From: an uncultured virus (IMG/VR IMGVR_UViG_3300017732_000002)
Lineage: Duplodnaviria > Heunggongvirae > Uroviricota > Caudoviricetes
Direction: 5' to 3' (one strand)
Virus record (IMG/VR): IMGVR_UViG_3300017732_000002
Length of the DNA: 54,243 nt
Under the pieces are notes generated by a model that was given only the letters and a program-made list of their open reading frames with translations, searched no databases and was not told the DNA's origin. A program made the translations under genes and the position numbers. This document shows, one piece after another, positions 8,102 through 18,231 of the stretch. Every line of letters begins with the position of its first letter. The first letter of the stretch is position 1.

Positions 8102-10132
8102 TTAGACTGCACCGTATAATTCACTAAACTCTACACCACTTCTAGCGGCAACAAAGTTCAATGTAATGAAGTTAATCGACCTGTTAGGTTTAACGAAGAT
8201 AGAACATACAAATTCATTTCTATCGATAACACTATCAGTGTTGTTTGTTTCGTCACATAATACTTGGAAATCTACAAGACCACGTCTGTTCTTCACGTCT
8301 CTTAAGAAAGGTTCTACAGCAGCTCTAAACTGTGCTCTTGTGAATGCGTCATTGAATTCAAAGAGTTGTGCTTTAGCGGCAGTTGCGATTGCCTTTTCTA
8401 GGACTATGAACAATCTTCTTACATTGATTCTATCGAATGCAGAAGGTGTTGATAACATAGTTTTGTCACCAAATAGGACTGTTCCTTGGCCTGGGAATGT
8501 AACAATTGGGTTAACCCTTGCACTGTATAAGTCGTCTCTAGACGATTGTGAAGGATTAAATGCAAGTTTAGTTACACCTAAGTATTGACCTCTTGAGAAA
8601 CCAGCAGGTGAGAACCATGGGTCTCTTAATAAGTCACTTCTTGCCATTAGACCTGCAGTATGTCCATTGCCTGGAATCCAACAGTATTTGTCGTTATATC
8701 TTTCGTAAATGTATAACCAACCACTATCCATAACTGAATAAGAAGAACTTGTTGCAGTATTAGCGGAGGCAATTACATTTGCGGATTGTGTTGATTCTGA
8801 GGAAACTCCAACTACGTCATTCTTTCTTGGTGATACGATTGCCATACAATCTTTTCTAGATTCACAAAGAAGAATCGCTTGGTTTGTTAAAGTTGTCCAA
8901 TCTGTTAAGATATCTTGTTCTGTTCCCGAACCGTTATCAGTTCTTGAAGAACCTACGATTAAGAATGAGATATCTACTGTTTCAGCGTCACCGAAGTGTG
9001 TTGACCATGCACCGAACTTCTCAGCGGCTGTTGGCATTCTACCATTTGAACCACCTGAAAGTGTGTCATTTACTGGAAGAGTCATTACACCGAAACCATC
9101 TGATAAAGATTCTGCTAATGTTCTGTGTTCATTACCACTATCGTGAGTACCAGTTACTGGTGAACCGTCATCTCCTGTAGAGTGACCTGCCCAGTATACG
9201 TATGTTGATTTTCTTTCAATTACGTCTCTGTAGTAGTTTGATGCACCTTGAGCGTCTTTAGCGTCACTTGCAAGTGATACGAAACCGAATGTTTCTAGAA
9301 CTTCGTTTTGAGTTCCACTCCACACACCGTCTTCGTCACTTACTACTACGTGACATTCGTCTAATGATGCACCGACAGCAGCTGCAGATGCGGAAGTGCC
9401 TGGAGCTTTATCAAAGAAAGAATGGAACTCCCATTTCCTGTTTATATTGACTGGTGTACTTGAACCGTCAACTGCTGTTGTTAATCCTGTGTTTGCAGGT
9501 TGGTTAATTGCTTCAATAGTAAGAGTTGTACCTGAACTTGCGGTAATTCTGTATTCTTGTCCTAAGTGATTATCAAATGTGATAATATCTCTTACTCTAA
9601 ACAATGTAGTTGCGTTTGCAACACCTGTTATTGAAAGCGCTCCAACTGCGTTATTTCCTGTAGATGTTCCAGCGTTGTCTGTCTCGAAGGCAGTTGCTGT
9701 TGAACAAACAGATACTTTTAAGGAGTTTCCTAAAACTCCTGCGTGACGGGCTACCCACCTTCCTGCTGTACCTGATAAGGCACCACTTTGGTAAGATTGA
9801 ACATATTCGTCACTATTCTTTATTAGCGTTGAACCATGTCCAGCTGAATTCGCACTAAACAATCCTGTAGAGTTTATTCTAACTACTCTTAGAGAAGAAC
9901 CATATCTTAAAAATCCTTCAGCTGAATAGTAGTCCTCTGCAGCTCCGTTGGTGTTAGCAGGTTCGTGAAAATTCTCTACTAGTCCCTTTTGGTCTGAAAT
10001 TGTTACTACTTCATCAACAGGGCCCCATTGGAATGTCCCTGCGAAAGCACCAGTTGTACTGGATACTGCAGGCACAACATTTGTAAGGTCAATCTCTTTA
10101 ACCTGTACGCCTGGTGATACTTGAAATGCCAT
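8102..10132 (-). CDS. gp18: tail sheath protein gp18
   Basis: MAFQVSPGV.VKEIDLT, PWFSPAG..RG, AFDRINVRRLF, FEFND.FTR. Confidence 0.98.
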   Translation of the reverse strand: MAFQVSPGVQVKEIDLTNVVPAVSSTTGAFAGTFQWGPVDEVVTISDQKGLVENFHEPANTNGAAEDYYSAEGFLRYGSSLRVVRINSTGLFSANSAGHGSTLIKNSDEYVQSYQSGALSGTAGRWVARHAGVLGNSLKVSVCSTATAFETDNAGTSTGNNAVGALSITGVANATTLFRVRDIITFDNHLGQEYRITASSGTTLTIEAINQPANTGLTTAVDGSSTPVNINRKWEFHSFFDKAPGTSASAAAVGASLDECHVVVSDEDGVWSGTQNEVLETFGFVSLASDAKDAQGASNYYRDVIERKSTYVYWAGHSTGDDGSPVTGTHDSGNEHRTLAESLSDGFGVMTLPVNDTLSGGSNGRMPTAAEKFGAWSTHFGDAETVDISFLIVGSSRTDNGSGTEQDILTDWTTLTNQAILLCESRKDCMAIVSPRKNDVVGVSSESTQSANVIASANTATSSSYSVMDSGWLYIYERYNDKYCWIPGNGHTAGLMARSDLLRDPWFSPAGFSRGQYLGVTKLAFNPSQSSRDDLYSARVNPIVTFPGQGTVLFGDKTMLSTPSAFDRINVRRLFIVLEKAIATAAKAQLFEFNDAFTRAQFRAAVEPFLRDVKNRRGLVDFQVLCDETNNTDSVIDRNEFVCSIFVKPNRSINFITLNFVAARSGVEFSELYGAV

Positions 10133-10171
10133 ACTTTTTCTCCTGTTAATGTCAAAAGTTGTTTACTGTTT

Positions 10172-10179
10172 TATTTATA
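10172..10179 (-). promoter_or_regulatory. late promoter TATAAATA for gp18-gp19
   Basis: Exact consensus overlapping gp17 stop. Confidence 0.8.
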
Positions 10180-11776
10180 ACTTTATATTGTCTAACGGGT
10201 CAGCAAACCACCTATCCCCTGAACTATCTACAAAAGACTCTTCTTCTATCGGTCTGTCCCCGAAAATCCCTGCAGGTAACATATCCTCTTCAATAAGTTT
10301 CTGCTGTTCAGAATATAACAACTCTTTGACTTGATAATTTGTTAAATGATAGAAGTAATCTGTAGTTACAAACCATGAAAATAGTACACATGTCATTACC
10401 ATATCGTCATGATAACCTCTATCAGCCTCAAAGCTTCTACCCTTATTTACAAAAGTCATGAGCTCAGTGATAGTCCATCTGTCTAATAATTGCAATCTAT
10501 CTTCTTCTAATAGTTCTTTTAATGTAGAACAACCAATTCTTTTGATTTTTCTAGACATTGTTACACCAATATCTTCTGCTTTTAGTTGTCCTTGTACGAA
10601 AACATTAGGATATTCTAAATCATAATGCAATTGTGACGCAACAATACTTCCTTCATTATTGTTTTCTATGATAACAGTTGCGTCATTATATGCTTTACCA
10701 TACTTTGCAATCAAATCGGGAAACAATAATGGTGATATTAAAGAGTTTCTAAATGTCGCAACTTGTTTGAATGGTTTAGAAGATACGTCAAAGATACTAA
10801 ACGTTGAGAAGTCGATACCTCTCCCTTTCGCAACGTCACAACACATAACATATTGGTGACCTTCTATGGGTTTTTCATACATGTAGAATTCTTCTTTTGA
10901 CCATTCAGGGTCATATGCTTTTAACCCAAGTAAAGTATTCGAGTTAATGAGAGTGTTACCAGTTCCCAAAAACGAGTTTCCGTACTCTTGTTCAAACTGT
11001 GCTTCTGAGGTGTTTGCAATTGTTTGTTCTTTCCATGCTTCGTCTCTGCCTGGCACGTCATACCAGTTAATTGTGAAGTCTTTGTATTCTGATTGTCCAT
11101 GTACTGCACTCTCGTATATTTTATGAAACATATTACCCACACCGTTTGCAGTGGAAGTAATAATAACCTTTGAATCTTTACCTGATGTAATAACGGGATA
11201 TGTTGCAGTATAGAATGTCTCTGCATCGTCTACGAATGCAAACTCATCAAGGTACAACATATTTATTGAGAGTCCACGGATACTACTACTGGAAGTTGCA
11301 GCTGCAACAACCTTACTATCGTTACCAAACTCTATATTACCTTTGTTTAAAATCTTTACGCCTGGCTGTAAGAAAAATGGAACAGACTCTAACATAGTTA
11401 CGATACGTGCTATCATTTCTCTCGCAATCGCACCTTTGTTTGCAAGTACAGCTACAGTTACTTCGGGGTGGAACAATAAGAACCACAATAGATATGCACA
11501 TGAGGTGATTGATTTACCACTCTGTCTACTTGCAAGTACGACACTGAATCTATTACTGTCGTAATGTTGAATTAGTTTATCCTGATATCCACGAAGTTTG
11601 AATGGAACCATACCTTCGTCAAGAGAGATAATCTGTGTGTATTGTTCAATAAAATGGCATGGGTCTTTGGAACACTTCATGTATTCCGCTAACTCTTCTT
11701 CTGTATATTTGGTTTCTATACCAACACGTTTAATTTGCGTGTTGCCTAGATAACCTTCATTCTTCGCTTGTACCAT
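10175..11776 (-). CDS. gp17: terminase large subunit gp17
   Basis: Walker A SRQSGKS, Walker B LYLDEFAF, STANG, nuclease DVAKGRGIDFS, HDDMVM. Confidence 0.98.
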   Translation of the reverse strand: MVQAKNEGYLGNTQIKRVGIETKYTEEELAEYMKCSKDPCHFIEQYTQIISLDEGMVPFKLRGYQDKLIQHYDSNRFSVVLASRQSGKSITSCAYLLWFLLFHPEVTVAVLANKGAIAREMIARIVTMLESVPFFLQPGVKILNKGNIEFGNDSKVVAAATSSSSIRGLSINMLYLDEFAFVDDAETFYTATYPVITSGKDSKVIITSTANGVGNMFHKIYESAVHGQSEYKDFTINWYDVPGRDEAWKEQTIANTSEAQFEQEYGNSFLGTGNTLINSNTLLGLKAYDPEWSKEEFYMYEKPIEGHQYVMCCDVAKGRGIDFSTFSIFDVSSKPFKQVATFRNSLISPLLFPDLIAKYGKAYNDATVIIENNNEGSIVASQLHYDLEYPNVFVQGQLKAEDIGVTMSRKIKRIGCSTLKELLEEDRLQLLDRWTITELMTFVNKGRSFEADRGYHDDMVMTCVLFSWFVTTDYFYHLTNYQVKELLYSEQQKLIEEDMLPAGIFGDRPIEEESFVDSSGDRWFADPLDNIKL

Positions 11777-12170
11777 TATTTTTCTTTAGGAACTTTTGTA
11801 GTTCACTGGTTGACCCCACGTATAAATGATTATGTTGGTCTCTGATTTTAGTATCGTCTTGTTCTAGTTTCTTCATTTTACTTTGAAGGTCTATAAGTTT
11901 CTCTGCAGTTTCCCCTACAGTCTTAATTAACTGTCCTGCAACCTCGTAGGCACGTGGGTGTTCTGTCTCTTTAGATAGGTCTAGGATACCGTCAATTGCG
12001 TCTTGGCCTCGTTCTATGAGGTCGTAGAGGTGTTCTCTCGCATACCTGTAGTCAGTCTCTATGTTCTGCTCTTTATCAGGTCGAATCACAGGAACCGCTT
12101 TGGTTTCTTTTTTTAAAGAGGTGTTAATATCGAGCAAGTCGTTTAACTTTTCGTCTACTTTTTTTGTCAT
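11757..12170 (-). CDS. gp16: terminase small subunit gp16
   Basis: DY.YAR..LY.LIERGQDAI, HPRAYEVAGQLIK, LYVGSTSELQKFLK. Confidence 0.95.
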   Translation of the reverse strand: MTKKVDEKLNDLLDINTSLKKETKAVPVIRPDKEQNIETDYRYAREHLYDLIERGQDAIDGILDLSKETEHPRAYEVAGQLIKTVGETAEKLIDLQSKMKKLEQDDTKIRDQHNHLYVGSTSELQKFLKKNNGTSEE

Positions 12171-12172
12171 AA

Positions 12173-13219
12173 TTATGCATCATCTGTTAAGTTGTCTGTG
12201 TAGGTTTTGTTTGTTCCATCGTCATAGAATGAAACTGTTTCCGCTACTACAAACGTATCATTAGTATTTACTGAACCAACAAATTTCAAACTCTTGTTTG
12301 CGTCAAGAGTAATATTTGCACTAAGAACCATACTTAGTTTATCAGTTGCAATACTACTTATAGTTGGATTAGTTGTATTTCCAGTTCCAAATACTTCGTC
12401 TCCTACACTTATATCAGCGTCTAGTGCTGTTGTAAATGTAACTGTTGAAGAATTTGAAACCGCATTGTTAGTTCTATTTTCAAATGCAGGTTCATAACTT
12501 TTAACTTCTTTTACAAGACCTGCGCTAGTTATTTCGGAAGATGTAAATCCTGTATTACCGTCACCAATGTAATCTCTTTCGATAACGTTTTTAATAATCT
12601 TACCTTGATAAACAGGGCCAAAAAAGTATAACTGCATTTGAAATTCTAAGTCATATGTAATTGTACGTCTTTCCTCGAAACCACCTTGATAAGTATCTTC
12701 AAACGATACTGAATTTAAAATGACAGGAACGTCTCTATTATCAGACATATCGTCTATCATTTTCATGGTGACTGTGTAATCGGGTTGAAAATATGGAAGT
12801 ATCTGTTCTACTATCTGTAATGCGTCATTCATCTTGTTTGCCATTACAGACAATGTAAAGTTTATATTATATGGTGCAGGTGCATATTGAAACCTACGAT
12901 TGACTTTATCAGTCTCTTGAGTATTCTTAGTATTTCTAATTAGTTTATTGTTTTGTCTAGACGTATCGTATTCGATACCTGAAATTTCAAATGCTATTCT
13001 AGGTAATGAGATAGCAGTTCTGTTTCCGTCATTCAGATTTGTTTCGTTTTGAAGTCTCGCAAGAAACTTTGCTTTTGGGCCATAACTTATGGGAACCTTT
13101 CTTATATTCAAAACAGTTCCGTCTGTTTTAATATCAGCAACGTCAATGTTATTGAACAAAGTTCCAAATATTGAAACTGCTCGTTTCATTGTTTCGTTAT
13201 AAAAACGTGTACCAAACAT
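12173..13219 (-). CDS. gp15: tail sheath stabiliser / completion protein gp15
   Basis: FY.ET..RAV..FGTLFNNI, KVPISYGPK.KFLARL, LPRIAFE, QIVEQILPYFQP. Confidence 0.95.
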   Translation of the reverse strand: MFGTRFYNETMKRAVSIFGTLFNNIDVADIKTDGTVLNIRKVPISYGPKAKFLARLQNETNLNDGNRTAISLPRIAFEISGIEYDTSRQNNKLIRNTKNTQETDKVNRRFQYAPAPYNINFTLSVMANKMNDALQIVEQILPYFQPDYTVTMKMIDDMSDNRDVPVILNSVSFEDTYQGGFEERRTITYDLEFQMQLYFFGPVYQGKIIKNVIERDYIGDGNTGFTSSEITSAGLVKEVKSYEPAFENRTNNAVSNSSTVTFTTALDADISVGDEVFGTGNTTNPTISSIATDKLSMVLSANITLDANKSLKFVGSVNTNDTFVVAETVSFYDDGTNKTYTDNLTDDA

Positions 13220-14085
13220 TATGTAACCTCACCAAATGGATTCGTTTCTGAGAAGTCTAGATAGTTATCTGCTTTACCTTCAAAGTCTAAGTTCTGAGCA
13301 TTTCCGTCCTGAGACATAGATATCACATCTTCTATACTATTGATAACTCTTGAAGTACCCGAACTTGCACCAACAATAGTATCACCAACTTTAAATGTAG
13401 TAGTTACGTGTATTACTTCTAATTGGCCAGGTGCTATGTCAGCTCTAAATCCAACAACCTCACCTACAACAGTTCCATTTAATGTTACATTTTCACCAAG
13501 AGTATATGGACTTGGTGGTGATGCATCAGCGGTCATTCTCAAGTCAACTCTGTATGCTTGTTCTGCCTCAACAAAGTCTGCGTCTGAACCAGTATCAAAA
13601 TCTTCACCTGCGTATTCAAATAGTTCTGCCTGTAGTTTAAATACAAATAGTTTACCTACTTGATAGAAAGGCTGTTCGTGTTCTACAAATTTAATTTCAA
13701 ATAATGAACCTGATAAAGGAAGATAAATTAAATCTCCTTCGTTAGGTCTAAGACTAGTTGCTAAATTTTGGTCTGTGGCGACAAACCTTTCCCAACTTCT
13801 TACCGATAAAACAAAGGTTGCTTGGTCACGTATCTCTACACCAAATTTAGACATGAGGTCGCCTTCGCCCTCAAATCCTTCGGCGTTTTCAATGTACATT
13901 TCTACTGAGTATGCGTCACCAAATTTGGACTGCACGTCTTCGTCAAAAATAGTATCTGTTTCAACTATCTGTCTTGGTAAGTAGAATGTCTCTTGTCCAT
14001 ACATTCTAAGAGATTCAACAACTAAATCTTCATATAGATGTTGTTCACTCTGAACTGCATGGTTAAAGAATACGTTAGTTGGCAT
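13219..14085 (-). CDS. gp14: neck protein gp14
   Basis: EQ.L.EDLVVESLRMYG, SKFG.EIRD, RPNEGDLIYLP, FEIKFVEHEQPFYQ.GK, DFSETNPFG. Confidence 0.95.
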   Translation of the reverse strand: MPTNVFFNHAVQSEQHLYEDLVVESLRMYGQETFYLPRQIVETDTIFDEDVQSKFGDAYSVEMYIENAEGFEGEGDLMSKFGVEIRDQATFVLSVRSWERFVATDQNLATSLRPNEGDLIYLPLSGSLFEIKFVEHEQPFYQVGKLFVFKLQAELFEYAGEDFDTGSDADFVEAEQAYRVDLRMTADASPPSPYTLGENVTLNGTVVGEVVGFRADIAPGQLEVIHVTTTFKVGDTIVGASSGTSRVINSIEDVISMSQDGNAQNLDFEGKADNYLDFSETNPFGEVT

Positions 14086-14088
14086 TTA

Positions 14089-14904
14089 TTACCCCATCAT
14101 ATCTAATACAGGCATTTCGTAGTTCAATCTAGATTCTTCCTCTAACCTTGTTTTTTCTTCTAGTGCTTCTGTCTTTATGTTATCGGGTTCAAGCACCACT
14201 CCGCCTGGCAGTGCGATACCACCAAACTTAGATAAGTTCTGTCCCCATTGATACTTGACCAAAGCAGTTGCATATCTTTTCAACCACATGTCATTGTATA
14301 TGTCTGTAAAATCATTTGGGTCTATCTTTCTGTAACACTCTATAATGATAAACTCACCTGCGTTGATTTGGTCAGCGTCCATGTCAAGATATAGTCTATT
14401 CATGTGAGTATTGTATCTGATAGGTGTTTGACCCACTAAGATTTGGTCTAACATACTGATATGCTGTTGAACCATTTCATAGTATAGAATACTAGTGTTT
14501 GTTAAATCGTATATGTCGTTGAGTCTTAATTGATATCTAATATCAAACATATTAAGATTATGTTTATCTGCAAATGGAAATATGTTTATAACTGATAATA
14601 TAAACTCAGGTAAAACAATATAGTTTTGTTGTTGTTTATATTGTTGGTCTGTTTTTGCGTGAGTACCAGCTGCGTTTTCTGTAAACGTTTCGTCTGTTTT
14701 TAATCCAGCGATATCGTTAGCACTCAATTGGTGTTTTAAATATGTTTTGATACTACCGTCATAATGATATTCACGAAAGTATTGTAATGCTTCGTCTACT
14801 CTGTCGTCCAGTTGGTCATCATCTATATTGATTTCTATTACTGGAGCTCCAAGAGCACGCTTGATGTACTGTTTAAATGTGTCTTTAGAATTTGGTGCGG
14901 CCAT
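14089..14904 (-). CDS. gp13: neck protein gp13
   Basis: LGAPVIEINIDDDQL.DR.DEALQYF..YHYDG, WLKRYATAL.K.QWGQNLSKF.G..LPGGV. Confidence 0.96.
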   Translation of the reverse strand: MAAPNSKDTFKQYIKRALGAPVIEINIDDDQLDDRVDEALQYFREYHYDGSIKTYLKHQLSANDIAGLKTDETFTENAAGTHAKTDQQYKQQQNYIVLPEFILSVINIFPFADKHNLNMFDIRYQLRLNDIYDLTNTSILYYEMVQQHISMLDQILVGQTPIRYNTHMNRLYLDMDADQINAGEFIIIECYRKIDPNDFTDIYNDMWLKRYATALVKYQWGQNLSKFGGIALPGGVVLEPDNIKTEALEEKTRLEEESRLNYEMPVLDMMG

Positions 14905-14936
14905 AGTAGTATTTTCCTTTAATACTACTATTTATA
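14903..14936 (-). promoter_or_regulatory. late promoter TATAAATA overlapping an 11-bp hairpin that sequesters the gp13 translation start
   Basis: Perfect inverted repeat ATAGTAGTATT (14903-14913) / AATACTACTAT (14921-14931); loop AAAGGAA on minus strand; promoter at 14929-14936. Confidence 0.75.
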
Positions 14937-14940
14937 AGAA

Positions 14941-15210
14941 TTATTCTTGGAAGTAAGTTTTATTCTGTAGTCTATCGATTTTGGTATCGATTCTGTCTAA
15001 GGTATCCATTAATCTTTCTAGTTCTTTGGATAGTTGTTCACGTGTTACGTAGTCTTTGGCGACTTCTTCACGTGTTTTATTGATAAGAATATCAATTCTT
15101 TTTTGTTCAGATAATAGGTTACGGATTAAGAAACCTAAAGGCATGAGAATAAAGGTTAGAACTATATTCCAAAGTAAGTGTGCGTCAAAGGCTATTAGGT
15201 TTTCTTCCAT
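14941..15210 (-). CDS. small membrane-anchored coiled-coil protein
   Basis: Hydrophobic LLWNIVLTFILMPLGFLI then heptad-like C-terminus; CATAAATA at 15216-15223. Confidence 0.75.
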   Translation of the reverse strand: MEENLIAFDAHLLWNIVLTFILMPLGFLIRNLLSEQKRIDILINKTREEVAKDYVTREQLSKELERLMDTLDRIDTKIDRLQNKTYFQE

Positions 15211-15226
15211 ACGGTTATTTATGGAA

Positions 15227-15988
15227 TTAACGTATTGGATTTCCTCTTTCGTCTAAATTAAATGAAAATTCATCAGGATTCCATTCATCAACAGTAAAGT
15301 CTTGACCAAAGTAACCAGCACCATTATCAGGAAAGAATCCAGTTGGGCCTACCACGTCATGTAAATCCATATTGAACGATATGCTATATCTTTCTTTGTC
15401 AGTCATATTAGGTTCAACCATATGCATTAAACCACTAGAAAATATATGAATATCTCCTGTTCTAGGTTGAACGTCCCAATTAGTTCTAACTCTTTGGTGG
15501 TGCGGAAACATAGACAGAACTTTAGAGTCTGTATCAATTGCAGAAAAGTTACCTTCATCTCCGTCTGCTTTTAGATATAAAACACCTGAATACCAACAAC
15601 CATTATGAGTATGAGGTCTATTCCAAGACATAGTTTCATTTATGTTTGCCCATGAATTGCCTGGCCTCATTTTAAGACCATTAGAATTTTGAATACCATG
15701 AAAAGGTAAAACCTCGTCAGAAAAAAACTTACTGATACGATTCATACATTTCTGAAAGACTGGACTACTTTCACAACCGTCATTAGACTGCCAACCCGAC
15801 CTATGCATTGTAGCAGGGTTAGGTGAATTAGATACAAGTCTACCTTTAGGGTCACGCTTACGCATTGCGTCAACTTCTGCAACTAACATTTCGTTATACT
15901 CCAAATCATATCCTTGACTTTCGTCAAGATTTGGGTCTAACATATTTCTTTGAAATACGTAATGTGGAAACAGTAATCTAACTGACAT
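15227..15988 (-). CDS. 2OG-Fe(II) oxygenase (TIGR02466-like)
   Basis: GWQS, NSWANIN, NRPHTH, SGVLYL, IFSSGLMHMVEPN..DKERYSISFN; start moved to MSVRLL (15988) after GGGGA SD. Confidence 0.85.
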   Translation of the reverse strand: MSVRLLFPHYVFQRNMLDPNLDESQGYDLEYNEMLVAEVDAMRKRDPKGRLVSNSPNPATMHRSGWQSNDGCESSPVFQKCMNRISKFFSDEVLPFHGIQNSNGLKMRPGNSWANINETMSWNRPHTHNGCWYSGVLYLKADGDEGNFSAIDTDSKVLSMFPHHQRVRTNWDVQPRTGDIHIFSSGLMHMVEPNMTDKERYSISFNMDLHDVVGPTGFFPDNGAGYFGQDFTVDEWNPDEFSFNLDERGNPIR

Positions 15989-16616
15989 CTTCCCCGTACC
16001 TTCCTCGGTCACGATTACCGTCACCATTTAATTCAGTTAAGTCTTGTTGTTTTTCTTTATAGTCTTCTTTCTTCTTCATGAAGTGACTTGCCCAAGCACG
16101 ACCAACAATTTCATCACTACCGTAAATTCTTTGAATTAACTCTTGTTTCAAAATGTCATTTTCAATTACAGTGTTTGTTATTACACATTCTATAGTATCA
16201 CCTACTTTAATTGCTTTGTCATAAGTGACTCTCAAATCTGTAATTGGAACAAACCTTTGACAAAAGAATAATCCAAACACACCAAAAGTATAATCTGCAA
16301 CAGCAGCTCTATAAGGGCCACCCACATACTTGTAAGGTGCTGGTTGGATTGAATGCCACCACCTCGTTTCCCATACTGTTGACAGTGTATTATGGTCTTG
16401 TTCACCTTTAAAAGTTTTCCAACCACAATAAGTATCTTCGTGCCAGTTCATAGAATTCCAAATATAAAAAGCAGGTGTACTGGCGTCTGTACCTACATCA
16501 AAACCTTCTATTTGAACATTAGTTTGTCCTTCGTATAAACTATCGATATCAACTCCAACATTGTTATCACCTTTAGTTTTATTAGCCTCGAACTCTGTAT
16601 ATCCTTCGTATTTCAC
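15978..16616 (-). CDS. putative hotdog-fold (thioesterase/dehydratase-like) protein
   Basis: VGGPYRAAVADYTFG ... TDLRVTYDKAIKVGDTIEC resembles the PaaI-type GG..A..AD...G / L.V.Y..P...G pattern. Confidence 0.55.
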   Translation of the reverse strand: MKYEGYTEFEANKTKGDNNVGVDIDSLYEGQTNVQIEGFDVGTDASTPAFYIWNSMNWHEDTYCGWKTFKGEQDHNTLSTVWETRWWHSIQPAPYKYVGGPYRAAVADYTFGVFGLFFCQRFVPITDLRVTYDKAIKVGDTIECVITNTVIENDILKQELIQRIYGSDEIVGRAWASHFMKKKEDYKEKQQDLTELNGDGNRDRGRYGEDVS

Positions 16617-17482
16617 TTTTTCATTTCTCCTGTTTTTGGGTCAAAGGGGCATTCATTAGGTGGAGCGTCCTTAAAGTTTTTTGCTTTAGTCGTCCACATG
16701 TATTTTCTGTAAAATCCGCCAGGCACCTGTCCGTCTGGCGAACTTGCATCACCCTCAACTTCACACAATTCAGATATTGAAGGTTTGCCGTATTCACTTG
16801 TTAAATGACTTACTTCATTTATATATGCACTCCCGTCCATGTTAATATAAGACGCAGTCCACTGTTCTCTCCTATAAGGAACTATCTGTACTATGGGTGT
16901 TCCTTTAGGTATAACAAAAGACTTGTCACTTAATGGATACATAATAATCTGCGTATTATCTGTTAAGGTATTAAACATATCAGTATCCATTGTTCCTTGC
17001 CATGTTCTAAAATATTTATTCTGATGTAAAAAGGGGTCAAGATATAAACAAGAATAGCCAGGCGGTGTTACTACAGACCAAGGTACTCTAAATTTGAATG
17101 CGTCATGAGGATTTTCATCAGAACCATCTCCTTTTAAGAATGAGAAATTATCATTCATTAGTTGGTGTTTTGAATGTGTAGGTGAAGCATATGAAGCTTC
17201 AAAATTTTCACCGTCAGGCGGAACGGTAGCATGCCAATCACCACCACTTACAAGAGTTTGATTGAATTCACAATGTATATCTCTATTTGTTGCGATATAA
17301 TATCCTGTTGATAACCAATCATGCATTGCAGGACAAGCTCTTAATGATATCCCAACCACCCCTTTATCAATCATATGCACTTTAGATTTTTTCCACCAAT
17401 CGGGTTGCATTTTACTTGCAGGTACAGGACGCATTAATTCAAATGCGGTATCATTATATGTTTTAAACTCAATTGTCGGCAT
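16613..17482 (-). CDS. DUF6065-like / dUTPase-like beta-fold protein
   Basis: CPAM.D.L..GY, PWSVVTPPGYSCLY..P, G..DTD, IPKGTPIVQIVPYRRE.W; family commonly adjacent to phage oxygenases. Confidence 0.6.
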   Translation of the reverse strand: MPTIEFKTYNDTAFELMRPVPASKMQPDWWKKSKVHMIDKGVVGISLRACPAMHDWLSTGYYIATNRDIHCEFNQTLVSGGDWHATVPPDGENFEASYASPTHSKHQLMNDNFSFLKGDGSDENPHDAFKFRVPWSVVTPPGYSCLYLDPFLHQNKYFRTWQGTMDTDMFNTLTDNTQIIMYPLSDKSFVIPKGTPIVQIVPYRREQWTASYINMDGSAYINEVSHLTSEYGKPSISELCEVEGDASSPDGQVPGGFYRKYMWTTKAKNFKDAPPNECPFDPKTGEMKK

Positions 17483-18230
17483 ATCTCATATATCTCTGAT
17501 ATCTTAGTTGTCTTGGTGCAACTTCTTTTCTTTGTTCTTCTTGAGGTACTAATCTTATTTCTGAACCACGCAATACACATGAACGTCTATCTACATATCT
17601 TGCAGAAGGTTTTGGTGCTTCTGCACCATGAGGTATCCTTCCGTCAAACATAAGTAATCTGTTTGGTTTAAATTCTATTCTTCCTATTTCGTGTTTGTTC
17701 ATTTCTTCTGCAACACCGCTACCAATATTTTCATCATACACTCTTAAGTCACCGCCCCATTTAGGATTCCAAAATGTATTTAAGTAATACAAAAAAGATA
17801 TGTTCCACTCACATTCAGGCGCACAATCATTATGACATGTACCGTCTAGTCCTTGAGTTTGTGAATTCAAACCCATGTAATCAAACTCAACCCAACGAAA
17901 ACCAAAGTCATTCATTACTCTAGTATTAAAATATGAAGCAAAGTAAGTATCTGAACGATTTATCTGATTTCCTTGACACCAATCTACGTGTTCATGATTA
18001 GGAACATCTCTAAAAAATGTTCCACCCCAAAAGGAATGATGTGGTAATCCTGTTTTACTATCGGACGCAACTTGATTAGTTTTAGACCAAAGGTTACTTG
18101 CGACTAATGACTTATCCCAATGGTGGTGTAATTCGTCCGCCAAATAATTATCGATAACATGAAAGGTATCCCCTAACGGATAATTATCTTTCGTTAGTCT
18201 GAAAGGTTTGTCGTGGTAGACAACGTTCAC
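17469..18230 (-). CDS. 2OG-Fe(II) oxygenase
   Basis: HND (HxD), LYYLN..W.PKWGG.L, FKPNRLLMFDGRIPH, distal Arg. Confidence 0.88.
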   Translation of the reverse strand: MNVVYHDKPFRLTKDNYPLGDTFHVIDNYLADELHHHWDKSLVASNLWSKTNQVASDSKTGLPHHSFWGGTFFRDVPNHEHVDWCQGNQINRSDTYFASYFNTRVMNDFGFRWVEFDYMGLNSQTQGLDGTCHNDCAPECEWNISFLYYLNTFWNPKWGGDLRVYDENIGSGVAEEMNKHEIGRIEFKPNRLLMFDGRIPHGAEAPKPSARYVDRRSCVLRGSEIRLVPQEEQRKEVAPRQLRYQRYMRYADN

Positions 18231-18231
18231 T

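Noticed and set aside
10175..11776. Intein, intron or homing endonuclease in terminase, portal or capsid genes
   Set aside because: Lengths are ordinary and frames continuous; no splicing or endonuclease motifs seen.
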